From the NCBI RefSeq assembly GCF_001194135.2, contig NC_069009.1:8489900-8553899 (forward strand): DNA of 64,000 nt, given 5' to 3'. This document shows positions 35,446 to 48,941 of the stretch, piece after piece. The notes under the pieces were generated by a model. That model was not told the DNA's origin and made no database searches. It worked only from the letters and a program-made list of their open reading frames with translations. The stretch's first letter is position 1, and each line of letters opens with the position of its first letter. Source of the stretch: Octopus bimaculoides. Lineage: Eukaryota. A program made the translations under genes and the position numbers.

Positions 35446-36075
35446 TATATATTAGTAACAGAGATAGTATTAATCCTGAGAGGTAATATTTATCCCCATT
35501 TAAAGATGGGCTATTCTGTTTGAACAAACTTTACTACGGTAGTTAACATGAGAAAAACTTTTGTATTGGCTTTTCATGCAAAATGCACTCTTGTTTATGT
35601 TGCTAGCAATATAAACAAGAGTGCATTGTGTGCCAAAAGTCAGTATGAGAGTTTCTCTCATGATATCTACTGCAGTGTGGTTTCTTCTAACAGAACAGCC
35701 TATCTTTTAGTGGGGCTAAATACTATCTCTTGATATTAACACTGTCTCTTTTAAGATATATTTATTAGCAACTAACTCACTGGCTAACCACAACACCAGC
35801 TACATTTTCTAGCACTGTTTTTTAATTTATCGCTGGTGAGGAGATGAATTGTTGCTATCACCAGCAGTTGAGTGTCCATCATTGATGAGATCAAGGTAGG
35901 TTGAAATAACGTGATCTGGTGGTCTCAGTGCTGGAGATGTCAGGGATTTATCTCCCCACTAGCAATATAAACAAGAGTGTATTTTCCACCAAAAGCCAAT
36001 ACAAGAGTTCCTCATGGTAACTGCTGCAGTATAATTTGTTCCAATAGAACATCCACCTTTAAGTGATGATAAATA
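35446..36075. repeat. Family C repeat: fold-back centred on GCTAGC plus direct 1.x-mer
   Basis: Arms of about 158 bp mirror around 35604/35605; unit recurs about 358 bp downstream; other copies at 50420-50965 and 57750-58210. Confidence 0.75.
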
Positions 36076-36850
36076 ATTTCTCTCTCTCTCTCTTAACTAT
36101 GTATCTATCTACCTGTCTGTCTCAACCAGCACCAAGATGAGAGAGAGTCTGAAGACAGATGCCTAAAGAAGTGCTTATCTCTAACTGTGGAGGGAACCTG
36201 TGGTAGAGGTAGACCCAGGAAGACAATGGGACGAAGTGGAAAGCATGACCTTTGAATGTTGACCTCACAGAGGTGATGACAAGTGACTGAGACCTCTGGC
36301 AATATGCTATGCTTGAAAAGACTCTTCAAACCAAGGGAAATTGTAGTTGTGGCTGATGCCAATGTCACATAAAAGCATCTGTTACACTTTTGGAGTGGTT
36401 GGCGTTAGGAAGGGCATCTAGCCATAGAATCCATGTCAAATCAGACTGAAACATGGTGCAACTCTTTGGCTTACCAGTTCCAGTCAAACTGTTTAACCCA
36501 TGTTAGCATGGAAAGCAGACACTAAAGGATCTTGATGACTCCTCCTCCTCTTTGTGTGCAAAATCCTGAATGTTAAAATTTATTTTAATTCTTAATTCAC
36601 CTGAAGAAAACAGTTTTTTTTACATGATTTAATTGATTTGTTCAAGAAAACCACATCTGAAAGAGCTATCGTGAACCAAAGCCCATGTGTGTTAAATATT
36701 CTTTCATACCTTAGTCAGAAGAAGGACAGTGATTTGGCCCTTTTTCAGGTTGCTGAGATTGGTGGGAGACAGAAAGTATCCCTTAGACCTGATTACTTAT
36801 GACTGAGTCGACTCTACTAAAGACAACCAAAGACCTAGTGTTGGTGTTAA

Positions 36851-37495
36851 CCCTTTAGCGTTCAAAATACTGTGTCAAATGTAATGTTTATAAATTCATA
36901 GTGTTTTGAATTAATCATATCATCTTGTAACCTTGAGATTTTGATATGATTGTTTGTCTATAGTAAAACATTGTAGGGTAGATATGAGAGGTCAGATCTG
37001 TCTGGTCTAAACATAAAGGAAGTAGAATATTTGGGCCAGATATCATCATGATCATCATGTAATGTCTGCTTTCCATGCTGGCATGGGTTAAATGATTTAA
37101 CTGGAACTGGCAGGCTGGAGGGCTGCACCAGTCTGATATGGCATGGCTGGATACCGTGCCTAATGCCAACTGCTCCAGGAGTGTAATGGGTGTTTTTTAC
37201 ATGCCATTGGCATGGGTACCATTTACATGACACTGGTAACAACCACGACTATGATTTCATATGGCTTAATGAGTCTTCTCAAGCACAGCATATCACCAAA
37301 GGTCTCAGTCACTTGTAATCGCATATGTGATGCCCATCATTTGAAGATCATGCTACCAGCAACAGCCACGATTGTGATTTCATGGGTGCCGTTTATATGA
37401 CACTAGCAATGACCATGACTACGATTTCACTTGGCTTAATGAGTCTTCTCAAGCACAGCTTATCACCAGATATGGCCTGTTTAAATGCTAAAGGG
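36851..37495 (+). mobile_element. TTAA-flanked piggyBac-type MITE carrying an RTE-tail insertion
   Basis: TTAA|CCCTTTAGC...GCTAAAGGG|TTAA; related copies at 46699-47289, 29655-29768 (partial, empty site) and 60490-60700 (-). Confidence 0.85.
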
Positions 37496-37743
37496 TTAAA
37501 CTGAGCAATATACAAGGATATCCTAGAACCATTTACTTCTTTGTGTTATACAAAGGGCCTGTAATGACTGCTGAAATTATATGGTGTATGTATTGGTGTG
37601 GTGTTGTATAGCAGTGAAGGGAAAGAAACTAATGATTGGAGACACTCTATGTTGAAGAAGATGGTGTATTAACATGGTGTATTATCTCTAAGTTGCATGT
37701 TACACAGCAGCTTGCTGAATTTTATTTTTTACTTCTGTTCCAG

Positions 37744-37804
37744 TCTTCCAGCATTGATTTCCTTGCTTCACAAGGCTTTGACTTTAATAAAGTCTTCAGA
37801 GAAG
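37744..37804 (+). CDS. PARN: PARN exon 6 (61 nt, SSSIDFLASQGFDFNKVFREG)
   Basis: ttccag|TCTTCC...GAAG|gtcagt; near-identical to human SSSIDFLASQGFDFNKVF. Confidence 0.97.
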
Positions 37805-38775
37805 GTCAGTTCTACACACTCTCTATCTGTTGATGATGCATTTTATTTACATTTGTTTATGTATGTTGTGTATACATACACACACACACACACATACATT
37901 GTGTATGTTTGTATGGATGTGTATATATTTGTATGCATACATAGTTAATGTATTTGTGTGTGTGTGTGTGCGTGTGTTTGCATATATATATGTGTGTGTG
38001 AGTTTATATATATATGTATGTGTGTGTTTGTGTGTCTAACTGACAGGGTCCAGTAATCTTCAGGGCTGCCCTGAATTCCACTGTCAGCTTTTGCATGTCT
38101 TCTATGGCTGAATGCACTTTCTAATACCAACCACTTTACAGAGTGCACCAGGTGCTTTTACTGTGCCATCAGCACTAATAAGGTTGATGAGTAACTCATT
38201 AGGCATAAAAAAAAGAAAAGGAAGAAAGCTCCTGTATGGAGGAGTGTTGAGAAGTGGAGGTGGGTTTATGCCTGGTGTTAAATGGTATGAAAGAGCGATG
38301 AGCATAGGTGTCTTGTTATAATAGAGGGCCTACATGGCTACCCCATATTGTGTAGGGGTGGGTGAAGGTAGCTGAGTGTCAGCAAACTCTCGACATAGAT
38401 GAAGGTGAGCATAAGAGAGGATACAAGGGAGGGGTCATGTGAGGCGAGGAGACGGTGGATACTTTCATAAGAGTGTGAGGGGAGAGCAACAGATGGTTAG
38501 AGATGGGCATATATACAAAAGGCGGCAGCTTAGCTTAATGGTACTGGGACCTTAACTGGCATCTGAGAAGTATGGAGTTTGATTCTCCATAGCTGCCTGC
38601 TGGCAAAATTTTAGGTGTAGGCATGGCTGTGTGGTAAGAAGTTTGCTTCCCAACCACATGGTTTTGGGTTCAGTTCCAATGCATGACACCTTGGGCAAGT
38701 GTCTTTTACTGTAACCTCAGGCTAACTAGAACCTTGTGAATGGATTTAGTGGAAGGAAACTGAAAGAGGCCTGTC

Positions 38776-38810
<35 letters not shown>

Positions 38811-39134
38811 ACTGTGTTTGTCCCCACTATCATTACTTGACAACTGGTGTTGGTGTGTTTACATCCCTGTAACTTAGTGGTTTGGCAAAAAGAGACCAAT
38901 AAAGTAAGTACCAGGCTTAAAATAAAAATAAGTACTGAGGTTGATTTGTTTGACTAAAATTCTTTAAGGTGGTGCCCCAGCATGGTTGCAGTCTGAAGAT
39001 TAAAACAAATAAAAGATAAAAGACGCACACACACCCACCGCTTTTGCCACATTACCCACCACTACTACAACACCCAGCATCATCTACTTCAACTCTGCTG
39101 CCCACCTCTGATGTATGCATTGCTCTGTTTGCAG

Positions 39135-39297
39135 GAATACCTTATCTGACCCCAGATAATGAACAAACTTTACGTGAATGTCTTGAACAGAAGAGACAGC
39201 TCATCAGCCAACATGGCTCATCATCTTACTTCAGCCCCCTTGAACAGAAAGACTTGGAGATCCCTGCTGACCAGAAGGTCTTTGTCGATACTGTATG
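39135..39297 (+). CDS. PARN: PARN exon 7 (163 nt, IPYLTPDNEQTLRECLEQKRQ...IPADQKVFVDTVC)
   Basis: ttgcag|GAATAC...GTATG|gtaggt; GIPYL and IPxDQKxF motifs. Confidence 0.95.
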
Positions 39298-40299
39298 GTA
39301 GGTTGGATTTTATCTTATGTTTTTTATTGTTTAAAACAATGCTTCTCAAGTGAGGTCCATACAGCCATTGGGGTGCCACATAAGATTTTGCTGTTAAAAT
39401 ATATATGCAGTAAATTGGTTATACTTCTACAATACACAAAATATTTTAGTGTGGTAAGAAGCTTGCTTCCCAACCACATGATTCCGGGTTCGGTTCCACT
39501 GTGTGGCACCTTCATCAAGTGTCTTCTACTATAACCTTGGGAAGACCAAAGCCTTATGAGTGGATTTGGTAGACATAAACTGAAAGAAGCTTGTGTGTTT
39601 TCATGTCTGTGTTTGTCCCTCACTACCACATGACACCTGGTGTTGGTGTGTTTATGTCCCCTGTAACAGTTGTCTGTTTCGGTGTGGTTTCTGTGACTTG
39701 GATGCCCTTCCTAACGCCAATCACTTTAGAGTGTACTGGGTGCCTTTTTACATGGTATCAACATCAGTGGGGTGGGGTCACCATGTAGCTTGGAAGGCAG
39801 AGACCGCTCAGCTAGCAAAGGAAGGGGCTGTGTGCCGGGTAAGAAGTTAGAGTATTATAAAGGGACAGAGATAGTTGTCTTACTATTGAGGAGATACTTA
39901 ACTACCCCAGTAGAACAAGGAAGAAAGGTGGGAGAGAGAGAAAGGAATGATGTTGGAGATGTATTGGAGCCTACCCACAGGGAACAGTGGAGGAAAGTAA
40001 GTAGTACAGAGTGGGTAGAGGGATATATGTTCCATAAGAGTGTGAGGGGAGATGTTTAGAAATGGGGAAGATATGACTAGCAGCTGGTAGTGAGAGAAAT
40101 TGAAGCGACTGAGAGGGTTAGGGTTAGTAGATGTGTAAGGGCATGGAGAGGGGATAGGTTCATGAGAGAATGTGGGAGGGGGGTGCAGCAGGGGAGGTGC
40201 CTGTGGTGAGTGGTAGGAAGATGGGTTACAGAGTAGGTGACGGGGGGGCAGATTATGTGTGTGAAGGAGGGGCATGACTGCGAAGGACATTTTTATGTG

Positions 40300-42600
40300 T
40301 GTGGATGACCACGATTTTACTTAGCTTGACATCTCTTTCTAAGCACAGCAATTCACCAAAAGTTTTCATCTCTTGTCATCTCTATGAGTCTCAACATCTG
40401 AAGATCGTTTCTCACCACTTCATCCCTCATCTTCCTGGATTTAATCCTTCCACAGGTTCCTTCTACAATTAGAGATTGGTACTTCTTTTATGTGGCTGTT
40501 ATCCATCTGCATCACATGACCATACCAGTGCAGTCTTCTCTCTTGCACATTACATCTGATGCCTCTTATACCCAGTTTTCCTCTTCACTTATTTCTGCTC
40601 TGACATTACCCATTCAGGAGAATATCCTGGCTTCATTTCTTTCAAGCCTTCACATGTCGTCTGTAGTCACAGCCCATGTTTTATTGTCATGTATCATAGC
40701 TGTTTGCACACAAGTATCACACAAGAAGGCGGCGAGCTGGGTGAAATGCTTAGCGGTATTTCGTCTGCAGCTACATTCTGAGTTCAAATTCTGCCGAGGT
40801 TGACTTTGCCTTTCATCCTTTTGGGGGTCAATTAAATAAGTACCAGTTACGCACTGGGGTCGATATAATCGACTTAATTCGTTTGTCTGTCCTTGTTTGT
40901 CCCCTCTGTGTGTAGCCCCTTGTGGGCAGAAAAGAAATAAGTATCATGCAACTTGCTTTTCACTGAGGGAGAGGCCCTTCATTACCAACAATGCTAGTAG
41001 CTCTCTGAACTTTATCCAGCCCATTCTTATTCTAGCAACTATGCTTTCTGAACTTCCTCTTCCACTGCTAACTTGGTCACCTAGGTAACAGAAGCTACCT
41101 ACTACTTCTAAGGGTACCATTGGGTATTTGTGGAAGTCTATTCTCTGAACATTCTTAGTGTTTATTGTACCTTCATATCTGCCACACACAAAGACTACTT
41201 TCTCCATTAACCTTCCAGTTATACCACTGCACCTCCTATGTGTCTACAGCTTGCACTGGGTTCACTATATGGAATTTCTACCTACACCTTTTTTATATAT
41301 CAAGCAGGGCCATCTCTCTGAAGGGATTAATAATTTGTCTGTTTTCCTACTTACAAGGACTTAACTCCGAGGCCTTTTCATTCCAGACTTTGCTTCCACT
41401 CCTGCAATTTCTTCTCCAGTTCTGATAGTGATTCAGCTAGAAGAACAAAGTCATCAGCATTGAGGAGTTACCAAGAGCAGCCAGTTTTAAATTTCTGTTA
41501 TGGCCTAGAGGACTGTGATGAACAAGAGGAAGCTGAGAGTTGATCCTTGGTGTCTGTACTCTAAATTTGTTGCTATGCTCATTGCCAACTTCCACCCTAC
41601 TGACAACATCCCTGTACATGGCTTGTACAGCTCTCACCAACCATTCTTCTATCTCTAGCTTCCACATTGACCACTGGATAAAGGAGTGGGAGCTATGTCA
41701 AAGGCTTCTCCATATAAAAAAAAAGCCAAATACAGAGGTTTCTTTTTGGCCAAGGACTTCTCCTGCAGCTGCCTCACTAGGAAAATAGCATTAATAGTGC
41801 TTCTCCCTAGCACAAAATCAAACTGCATCTCGTCAACGTTAACTCTCTTCCTAATTAGCTGAGCTATAACCCTCTCTGTAATTTTCATGACCTGGTCCAG
41901 CAGTGTGATATCTCTGTAATTATTTATGTCAAATGCATTACTTTTACTTTTGTAGCAGTTGGCTATAATGCTGCTACACCAGTTATTGGGTACGACTCCC
42001 TTGTGGGCAACCTTATTAACCGTTTGGGTGACTAGACTATATCCCACTCCACTAGACATTTTAAGCACCTCATTAGTGATTCCTGACAGGCCAGGGGTTT
42101 TCCCTGTCTTCATATTCTTAATTCCTTTATCTATCAAGCTACTATCAATTCAGATAACTGCCCTCTCTGTTGGGTTCACATTAGGCAGACTCCTCTTCTC
42201 CCATGCATTCTCTTCGTTTAGCAACCTTTCATAGTAGCATTTCCAAGCCTCTTTCTTTTTAGAATCACTAACTGTAAATGAACCATCATCCATGTAAACA
42301 CACTTGTCTCCTACAACATCATGATTTTTCTCTGAAACACTATCTTGCAATCTGAAACACCTTAAGTCTTTGGTGCTCGCACTACAGAACATTGCCTAAC
42401 TTCTTTTCTGCTTCTTCCCTGACTAAATATACCTGTCTCCTAGCTTCCCTTCTAACTACCTGACATAGTTCTCTGCTACAACCACTTTCTCAGTCTTGTT
42501 TCTTTGCTCTAATGTTCCTGTGTACTACACTATTCCACCATGATGTCACCATGGGTCTGGATGGGACTTTGCACCAACCACAAATTTGGTCAACTGTTTT
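40300..42600 (-). mobile_element. RTE LINE, decayed RT, with nested SINE
   Basis: KTGKTPGLSGITNEVLK...NYRDITLLDQ...AIFLVRQLQEK; EVVGSFCYLGDQV; SINE at 40726-40940 carrying GCCTTTCATCCTTT..GGGGTC.ATTAAATAAGTACCAG (Deu/Nin-domain-like; also at 48420-48630, 58630-58800, 58860-59075). Confidence 0.88.
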
Positions 42601-42859
42601 GTAGGAAAAGTGGATGTTAAACCACTGATGAATTAACAACTGCATATCAGCCATAATCTAACCACCGGTATAGACAATATAATAAAGATTTGTATATCAA
42701 ACCCATTTTAAAGTATTTTTCTGCTCAATCATTACTAGAGTGAGTTTTTGACTTGGAAAATTTTCAACAAAATGCTAAAAGATGATAAGATGATGATAAT
42801 CTCTTTCTCTCCTGTACACTGTTCATTTTTAATTTCTTTATTCTTGATATGTTTTCTAG

Positions 42860-42964
42860 TGAAAGTGTCCAGACATTTGTGGACAACTCTAAAGAAACAG
42901 TATTGGATCTTCCTCCTTGCAACGGATTCCAGAGAAAACTTCTCTATCAAACCCTCAGAAATAA
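42860..42964 (+). CDS. PARN: PARN exon 8 (105 nt, R3H domain, ESVQTFVDNSKETVLDLPPCNGFQRKLLYQTLRNK)
   Basis: ttctag|TGAAAG...AATAA|gtaagt; LDLxPCxGFQRKLxYQTL R3H motif. Confidence 0.95.
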
Positions 42965-43469
42965 GTAAGTGATTTAATTAATTAATTGATTAATTATGTA
43001 CAACTCAGTATATATTGCATAATCTGATATTTGACGAAGAAATACTTACAAATGTTTCATTAGAGTTCTCTGTGGACAGAATATATTTGGATTTTTTTAA
43101 CTACTTTATCAGAGAATAACTTCATTTCCTATCTATGGAGAGAATGATGAATTTTGGTTATTTATACTAAACACAATCCAGAACTCAGCTGAAATGGTTG
43201 CTCTAATTTGCATAACCCTGTGTTTGTTCACAATGTTGTTAATTCATTATGTACTAGCAGAAATACCCAGTGTTGTCTGGGTCAAAGAGAATAAGGAAAT
43301 TTTAAAATGCTGTCTAGAATACGCAGGTTTCAACTGCTAGTAGCTGAGATACCAACTTTCTACATTAATAACTCCCCAACCCATACCAGCATGGAACATA
43401 GACGTTAAGTGAAATGTGAAAAGAAAGTTTTCAACTCATATATGTATATAAAGTAAATACATGTAATTC

Positions 43470-44130
43470 AAAACACGTTTTGTGTAGCTGATTTCGTAAC
43501 CAAAACATAGGTACAGATTATAAACAATGAAAGGCCGATTTTAGTGATTCATTTGACAGAGGTAGCTGAGAGCCAATCTGTTGATAAATCTGACCTTGGA
43601 TCTTGAAAATTTGCATGAATCCTGGCTCAGTTTTCATCTCTTGTGACTCCAAATGATGTCATCTGTAGTGCAGCGTTGTATTGTCTAATTTTGGAAGTGC
43701 TTGGTTAGTTGATGACAACAGTTTCTTCAATGGCTCTGGAAGTTGGGAAATTGCAGGGTATTTAACCTTTCCACCACTGCAGCACAGCGCGGGTGTCTCT
43801 CCTGGCCACTTCCTTGCTTTACAATGTATCCACTCATTTGTCATTACACCAATGGAAACTCTAGTGTCATCTGCATAATAAACTGCTGGACAATAATTGA
43901 AAGCTGCTTCATAGAAGTTGCTTCTATGAGCTGGTGCAACTGCTCTTCATTCTGCAGTGGAGATCCTGTTCCTTGTCAGCCGAGCATATCTCTATTCATC
44001 ACTTTGAGATGCTCTGGCTTTTGTAGTGCACAGTCTGGTATTTCTTGGTATGCTTTCCTTTCTGCAGCTGTTTCTCTTTCCCTGGACTAAGACATTCTTT
44101 TGGCTGACCTTGACATTGTAGACAAATTTG
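43470..44130 (-). mobile_element. Helitron Rep N-terminal remnant
   Basis: HCKARKWPGETPALCCSGGKVKYP...PEPLKKLL, YNAALQMTSFG, GFMQIFKIQGQIYQQIGS across frames. Confidence 0.88.
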
Positions 44131-45570
44131 ACACTTTCCTTCTAGCCATGGTTATATATGTATACAGAAATACACGGGTGCAGAAGACAGTAAACAATGA
44201 AAATAACTTGGTAACGGAAATTATATTTCTTAATATGATGGGCAGAAAGTAAATAAGAAATTTTTACGGAAAATAAAGAATTGTATGGGTTGAAGCAAAA
44301 TTTGTCAGTGAACCAAAGAGCCATTATCAAAGGAACCAAAAAAAAAAGCTGTTAAGAACAGAGAAACACAAAACCGTTGCAAAAGTAAATAAGAAATTTT
44401 TAGGCAAATTAGCTAAGTGTACAGATTGAGGTGAAATTTTATGAAGTTACTTCTGTCGGCAAATTATGTATGAAGTTACTTTCATCAGTAATTGTGAACT
44501 TCTTTCTGTCAGTAATTTGTCATTGTTATTTGTAAATAGTGATTGAAAACTTACAGTGAAAACAATAGCGATTGAACTTAAAGAGAAAACAATAGCGTTT
44601 AAAAAAAATGAAAGTGAAAATAGAGTGAGTGAGAAATAGAGAGATAGGGTAGAGAAAGAGCTAGCAAGTTAGACAAATAGATAGATAAGATGTAGACAGA
44701 CAGATAGATATAGAGATATAGACGTTACTGACGCTAGAGAACCAGAAGTAAATATTTTTTTAAACTTTCGAAGACGTGTATATTATGAAAAGCAATATTT
44801 TAAATAATTTTTATGACCAATGGATTTAAGGGAGACAATCATTTTCTGAAAGTTACTTTGCAAAGAGTTACCTCCCTTCACATAACCCAGGGGGGCCGTT
44901 ACTCATTATGTGAAAAATTTTAAGAGTCTAAAACCATCCCTGAAACACAAGCAATGTATGTTTCAGTTTGGAGAAAATCAGTTGAAAAATACAGCCATTA
45001 TAATCTTTTACATACACACACAGACAGAATGGGATTTATATTATAGACAACACATTTATTGGATAATCTGCAGGAGAAATGTAAACAAATGTTCCTACCT
45101 TTGCATGGAGTGACAAATCTGGTGATTGTCCTGATGTCATCTCTATTTGGAGATTCATCAGGGAACAAATACCTTCAATTCCTGTCCATGGAGAGATCAA
45201 TAACTTATAGTCATTTACATCAAATGCAAGCTGGGACTCAACAGCAACAAAAGAAGCTATTTTGCATAACTCTGCATGTTTTGGGAATGGAAATAATTAA
45301 TTATATGCATGGCTGGGTGGTTAAGAAGTTTGCATTCCAACCTTGTGATATTGGGGTCAATCTCACTACGCATCACTTTGGGCAAGAATTTTCTATATAT
45401 CAGGCACAGGTTGGTTGTGTGGTAAGAAGCTTGCTTCCTAACCACATGGTTTCAGGTTCAGTCTTACTGTATAACACCTTGGGCAAGTGTCTTCTTCTAC
45501 AAATTCGGGCTGACCAAAGCTTTGTGAGTAGATTTGGTTGCTGGAAACTAAAAGAAGCACACTGTGTATA

Positions 45571-45618
<48 letters not shown>

Positions 45619-46432
45619 CATCTTTGTGTCTGTGTTTGTCTCTCCATCACCACTTGATAACCAGTGTTGATGTGTTTACGTCCCTGTAACTTAGCAGTTC
45701 AGCAAAAGAGATGAATAGAATAAGTACTATGCTTTCGAGGTATAAGTCCTGGGGTTGATTTCATTGACTAAAACACCCTTTAAGGTGGTACTCCAGCATG
45801 GCCGCAGTCAAATGACTGAAACAAGTAAAAGAATATCAAGGCTGACCAAATCTTTGTGGATTTAGTAGATGGAAACTGAAAGAAGCCTCTGTGTGTGTGT
45901 TTGTATTTGTTAACATTTACCCTTCCCTGAAAATCCTGAGCTAGAAGTGGTGACACTCTTCTCATTTCTCCTATCAACAAATCTCTGCTGGTTTTGTACC
46001 TTCAAAAAGGCATGAAATAAGAGATCCCTACTTGGAAGTCAGGTAAGGGTTAGTGACTAGAAGGGCTTCACTGATATATACATGTAACTCATGCTAGCAT
46101 TGAAAAACAAATTTAAACACAAATTAATTATGCACAGTCTACTGTATATTGAGTTATCCAACTACAATTGTAGGCCCTTGATCACAACCACAACATTTAT
46201 GATCTACCTTCATCATCATCATCATCATCATCATCGTTTAACGTCCGCTTTCCATGCTAGCATGGGTTGGACGATTTGACTGAGGACTGGTGAAACCAGA
46301 TGGCAACACCAGGCTCCAATCTGATTTGGCAGAGTTTCTACAGCTGGATGCCCTTCCTCTCAACAAAAATGGGAAAAGGGCTAGGTGAATCCGAAAAGTC
46401 ATAGAAAAAGCAGAATAGAGTTATGTTTAGTA

Positions 46433-46696
46433 TTAGGGTTGGGGGTTAACTGCAGGATTAGCATTAGAGCTGAGAGCACTATAGTTAGGGTTGGGGGTTA
46501 ACTGCAGGATTAGCATTAGAGCTGAGAGCACTATAGTTAGGGTTANNNNNNNNNNGCACTATAGTTAGGGTTGGAGGTTAACTGCAGGATTAGCATTAGA
46601 GCTGAGAGCACTATAGTTAGGGTTGGGGGTTAACTGCAGGATTAGCATTAGAGCTGAGAGCACTATAGTTAGGGTTAGGGTTAGGGTTTAGGGTTT
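46433..46696 (+). repeat. 52-bp telomere-like minisatellite ending in (TTAGGG)3
   Basis: Unit TTAGGGTTGGGGGTTAACTGCAGGATTAGCATTAGAGCTGAGAGCACTATAG at 46433, 46485, 46565 and 46617, with a 10-N gap inside, then TTAGGG x3 + TTTAGGG. Confidence 0.92.
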
Positions 46697-47333
46697 AACC
46701 CTTTAGTATTCAGATTATTCTGTCAAATGTAATGTTTGTTTATTTATATTGTTTTTAATTAATCATGTTCAATCTCATAACTTTGAAATTTCAGTGATGT
46801 GGTTATTTAGTTTTAGAATGACATTGTAGGGTTGAGGTGGGAGGCTGGATCTGGCCAGTTTCAAAATAAAACAGGTTAAATATTTTGGCTGGATTGCCAG
46901 TGCCCCTGGACTGGCTCTTGTGCGGGTGGCACATGAGATGCACCATTTTGAGCGTGGCCGTTGCCAGTACCGCCTGACTGGCTCCCGTAGGATTTTCGAG
47001 CGAGATCGTTGCCAGTGCCCCTGGACTGGCTCTTGTGCGGGTGGCACATAAAAGACACCATTTCGAGCGTGACCGTTTTCGTGTGGGTGACACGTAAAAG
47101 CACCCACTACACTCTCTGAGTGGTTGGCATTAGGAAGGGCATCCAGCTGTAGAAACTCTGCCAAATCAGACTGGAGCCTGGTGTTGCCATCCGGTTTCAC
47201 CAGTCCTCAGTCAAATCGTCCAACCCATGCTAGCATGGAAAGCGGACGTTAAACGATGATGATGATGGCCAGTTTGAATGCTAAAAGGGTTTAAGTTTGT
47301 TTAGTCTGTGTATATTTGTGTGTGTTATTGCAG

Positions 47334-47460
47334 GTTTTCCAACAGTATTCATCTGGAGACAAAAACTGGAGAACGCAAGGAAAGATTCATTGTGGTAACC
47401 AAAATCTCAAGTGACGAAGAGCTGAAGAAGAAAGAGAATGAGAAGTATTCTACAGAACTG
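47334..47460 (+). CDS. PARN: PARN exon 9 (127 nt, FSNSIHLETKTGERKERFIVVTKISSDEELKKKENEKYSTEL)
   Basis: ttgcag|GTTTTC...GAACTG|gtaagc; IHxET...KERxIV matches human. Confidence 0.94.
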
Positions 47461-48794
47461 GTAAGCTCTACTTGTTGTTATTTAGCCTCAGGTCAAACAT
47501 GATCCAGAACTCCTATGATCAAAAATGATTCCTGCTGTGACAACCCTATCTTCTATATAGACATAGTATAGCTGAGACTACGTTATCTAATATATAGTGG
47601 TTAGTATCTAGCATCAGTTGTCAGTTAGTCTTTTTCCAGCACTTATGATCAAAAATGATCCAGTAGTCACCCTATGATGTTTTATTCCAACATGCTAAAC
47701 ATTTCGCCTGGCATGCTTACGATTCTGCCAGCTCACCGCCAGCATGCTCAATATCTCTGTAGATTAGTTATAAACACACAATTTTATTTTAGTGTTATAA
47801 GTGGTCAATGCACAAACAAACTTCCTTTTTTTATAAGTAGATATGCGGGTGACACGTAAAAGCACCCACTACACTCTCTGAGTGGTTGGCGTTAGGAAGG
47901 GCATCCAGCTGTAGAAACTCTGCCAAATTAGATTGGAGCCTGGTGTTGCCATCCGGTTTCACCAGTCCTCAGTCAAATCGTCCAACCCATGCTAGCATGG
48001 AAAGCGGACGTTAAACGATGATGATGATGATGATGATGATGATGGTAAAGGGTAAGGGTAAAGACCCCCTTCAGTCATGAATGACCATGGGATTGCACCT
48101 GGAAAATTCCCCCTCTGAGACACAAGTCCGGGCAAGGTTGTTTATGGAAGACCAGCAATCATCCGTGCGTACCAGCCTCCCCTCTCCACACCACCAATTC
48201 GAACCAAGGGGAAGATAAAGGCCAATACAGCTTGGCATCAATGATGTTGCAACTCATTTCTACAGTTGAGTGAACTGGAGCAACATGAAATAAAGTGTCT
48301 TGCTCAAGAACACAACAAATGGCCCTGTCCAGGAATCAAACTCACTACCTTGTGACTGTGAGCCCAATGCTCTAACCACTGAGCCATGTGCCTTCATTTA
48401 TAAGTTTATAGATTAGCTGTTAATATGCTATAAGTTCTCAAGGCAGTGAGCTGGAGAAATTTTCATGCTGGACAAAATGCTTTATGGTATTTTGTCTGTC
48501 TTCATGTTCCAAGTTCAAATTCGACTTTGTCTTTCATCCTTTTGGGGTTGATAAAGTAAGTAACTGGGGTCTATATAATTGACTTACTCTCTCCTCCGAA
48601 GTTGCTAGCCTTGTGCCAAAATTTGAAACTAATATGCTAACATGTGTTGTGTGGTAAGAAGTTTGCTTCTCAATCACATGGTTCTAGGTTCAGTCCCACT
48701 GCGTGGCACCTTCAGCAAATGTATTCTACTATAGACTTGGGCCAACCAAAGCCTTGTGAGTGGATTTGGTAGACAGAAACTGAAAGAAGCCTGT

Positions 48795-48850
<56 letters not shown>

Positions 48851-48941
48851 CCTGGTGCCACCTACTTGTTAGTCCTCAGTCAATAAACCATCCAATCCAT
48901 GCCAGCATGGAAAGCAGACATTAAATGGTGATGATGATATA

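Noticed and set aside
45075-45185. Protein-like frame NVPTFAWSDKSGDCPDVISIWRFIREQ after a CAG
   Set aside because: In-frame stop just after the putative acceptor, no family recognised, and PARN exons 8 and 9 join without it
46433-46668. Regular repeat considered as a CRISPR-like array
   Set aside because: Units are contiguous and identical with no unique spacers, in eukaryotic intronic context
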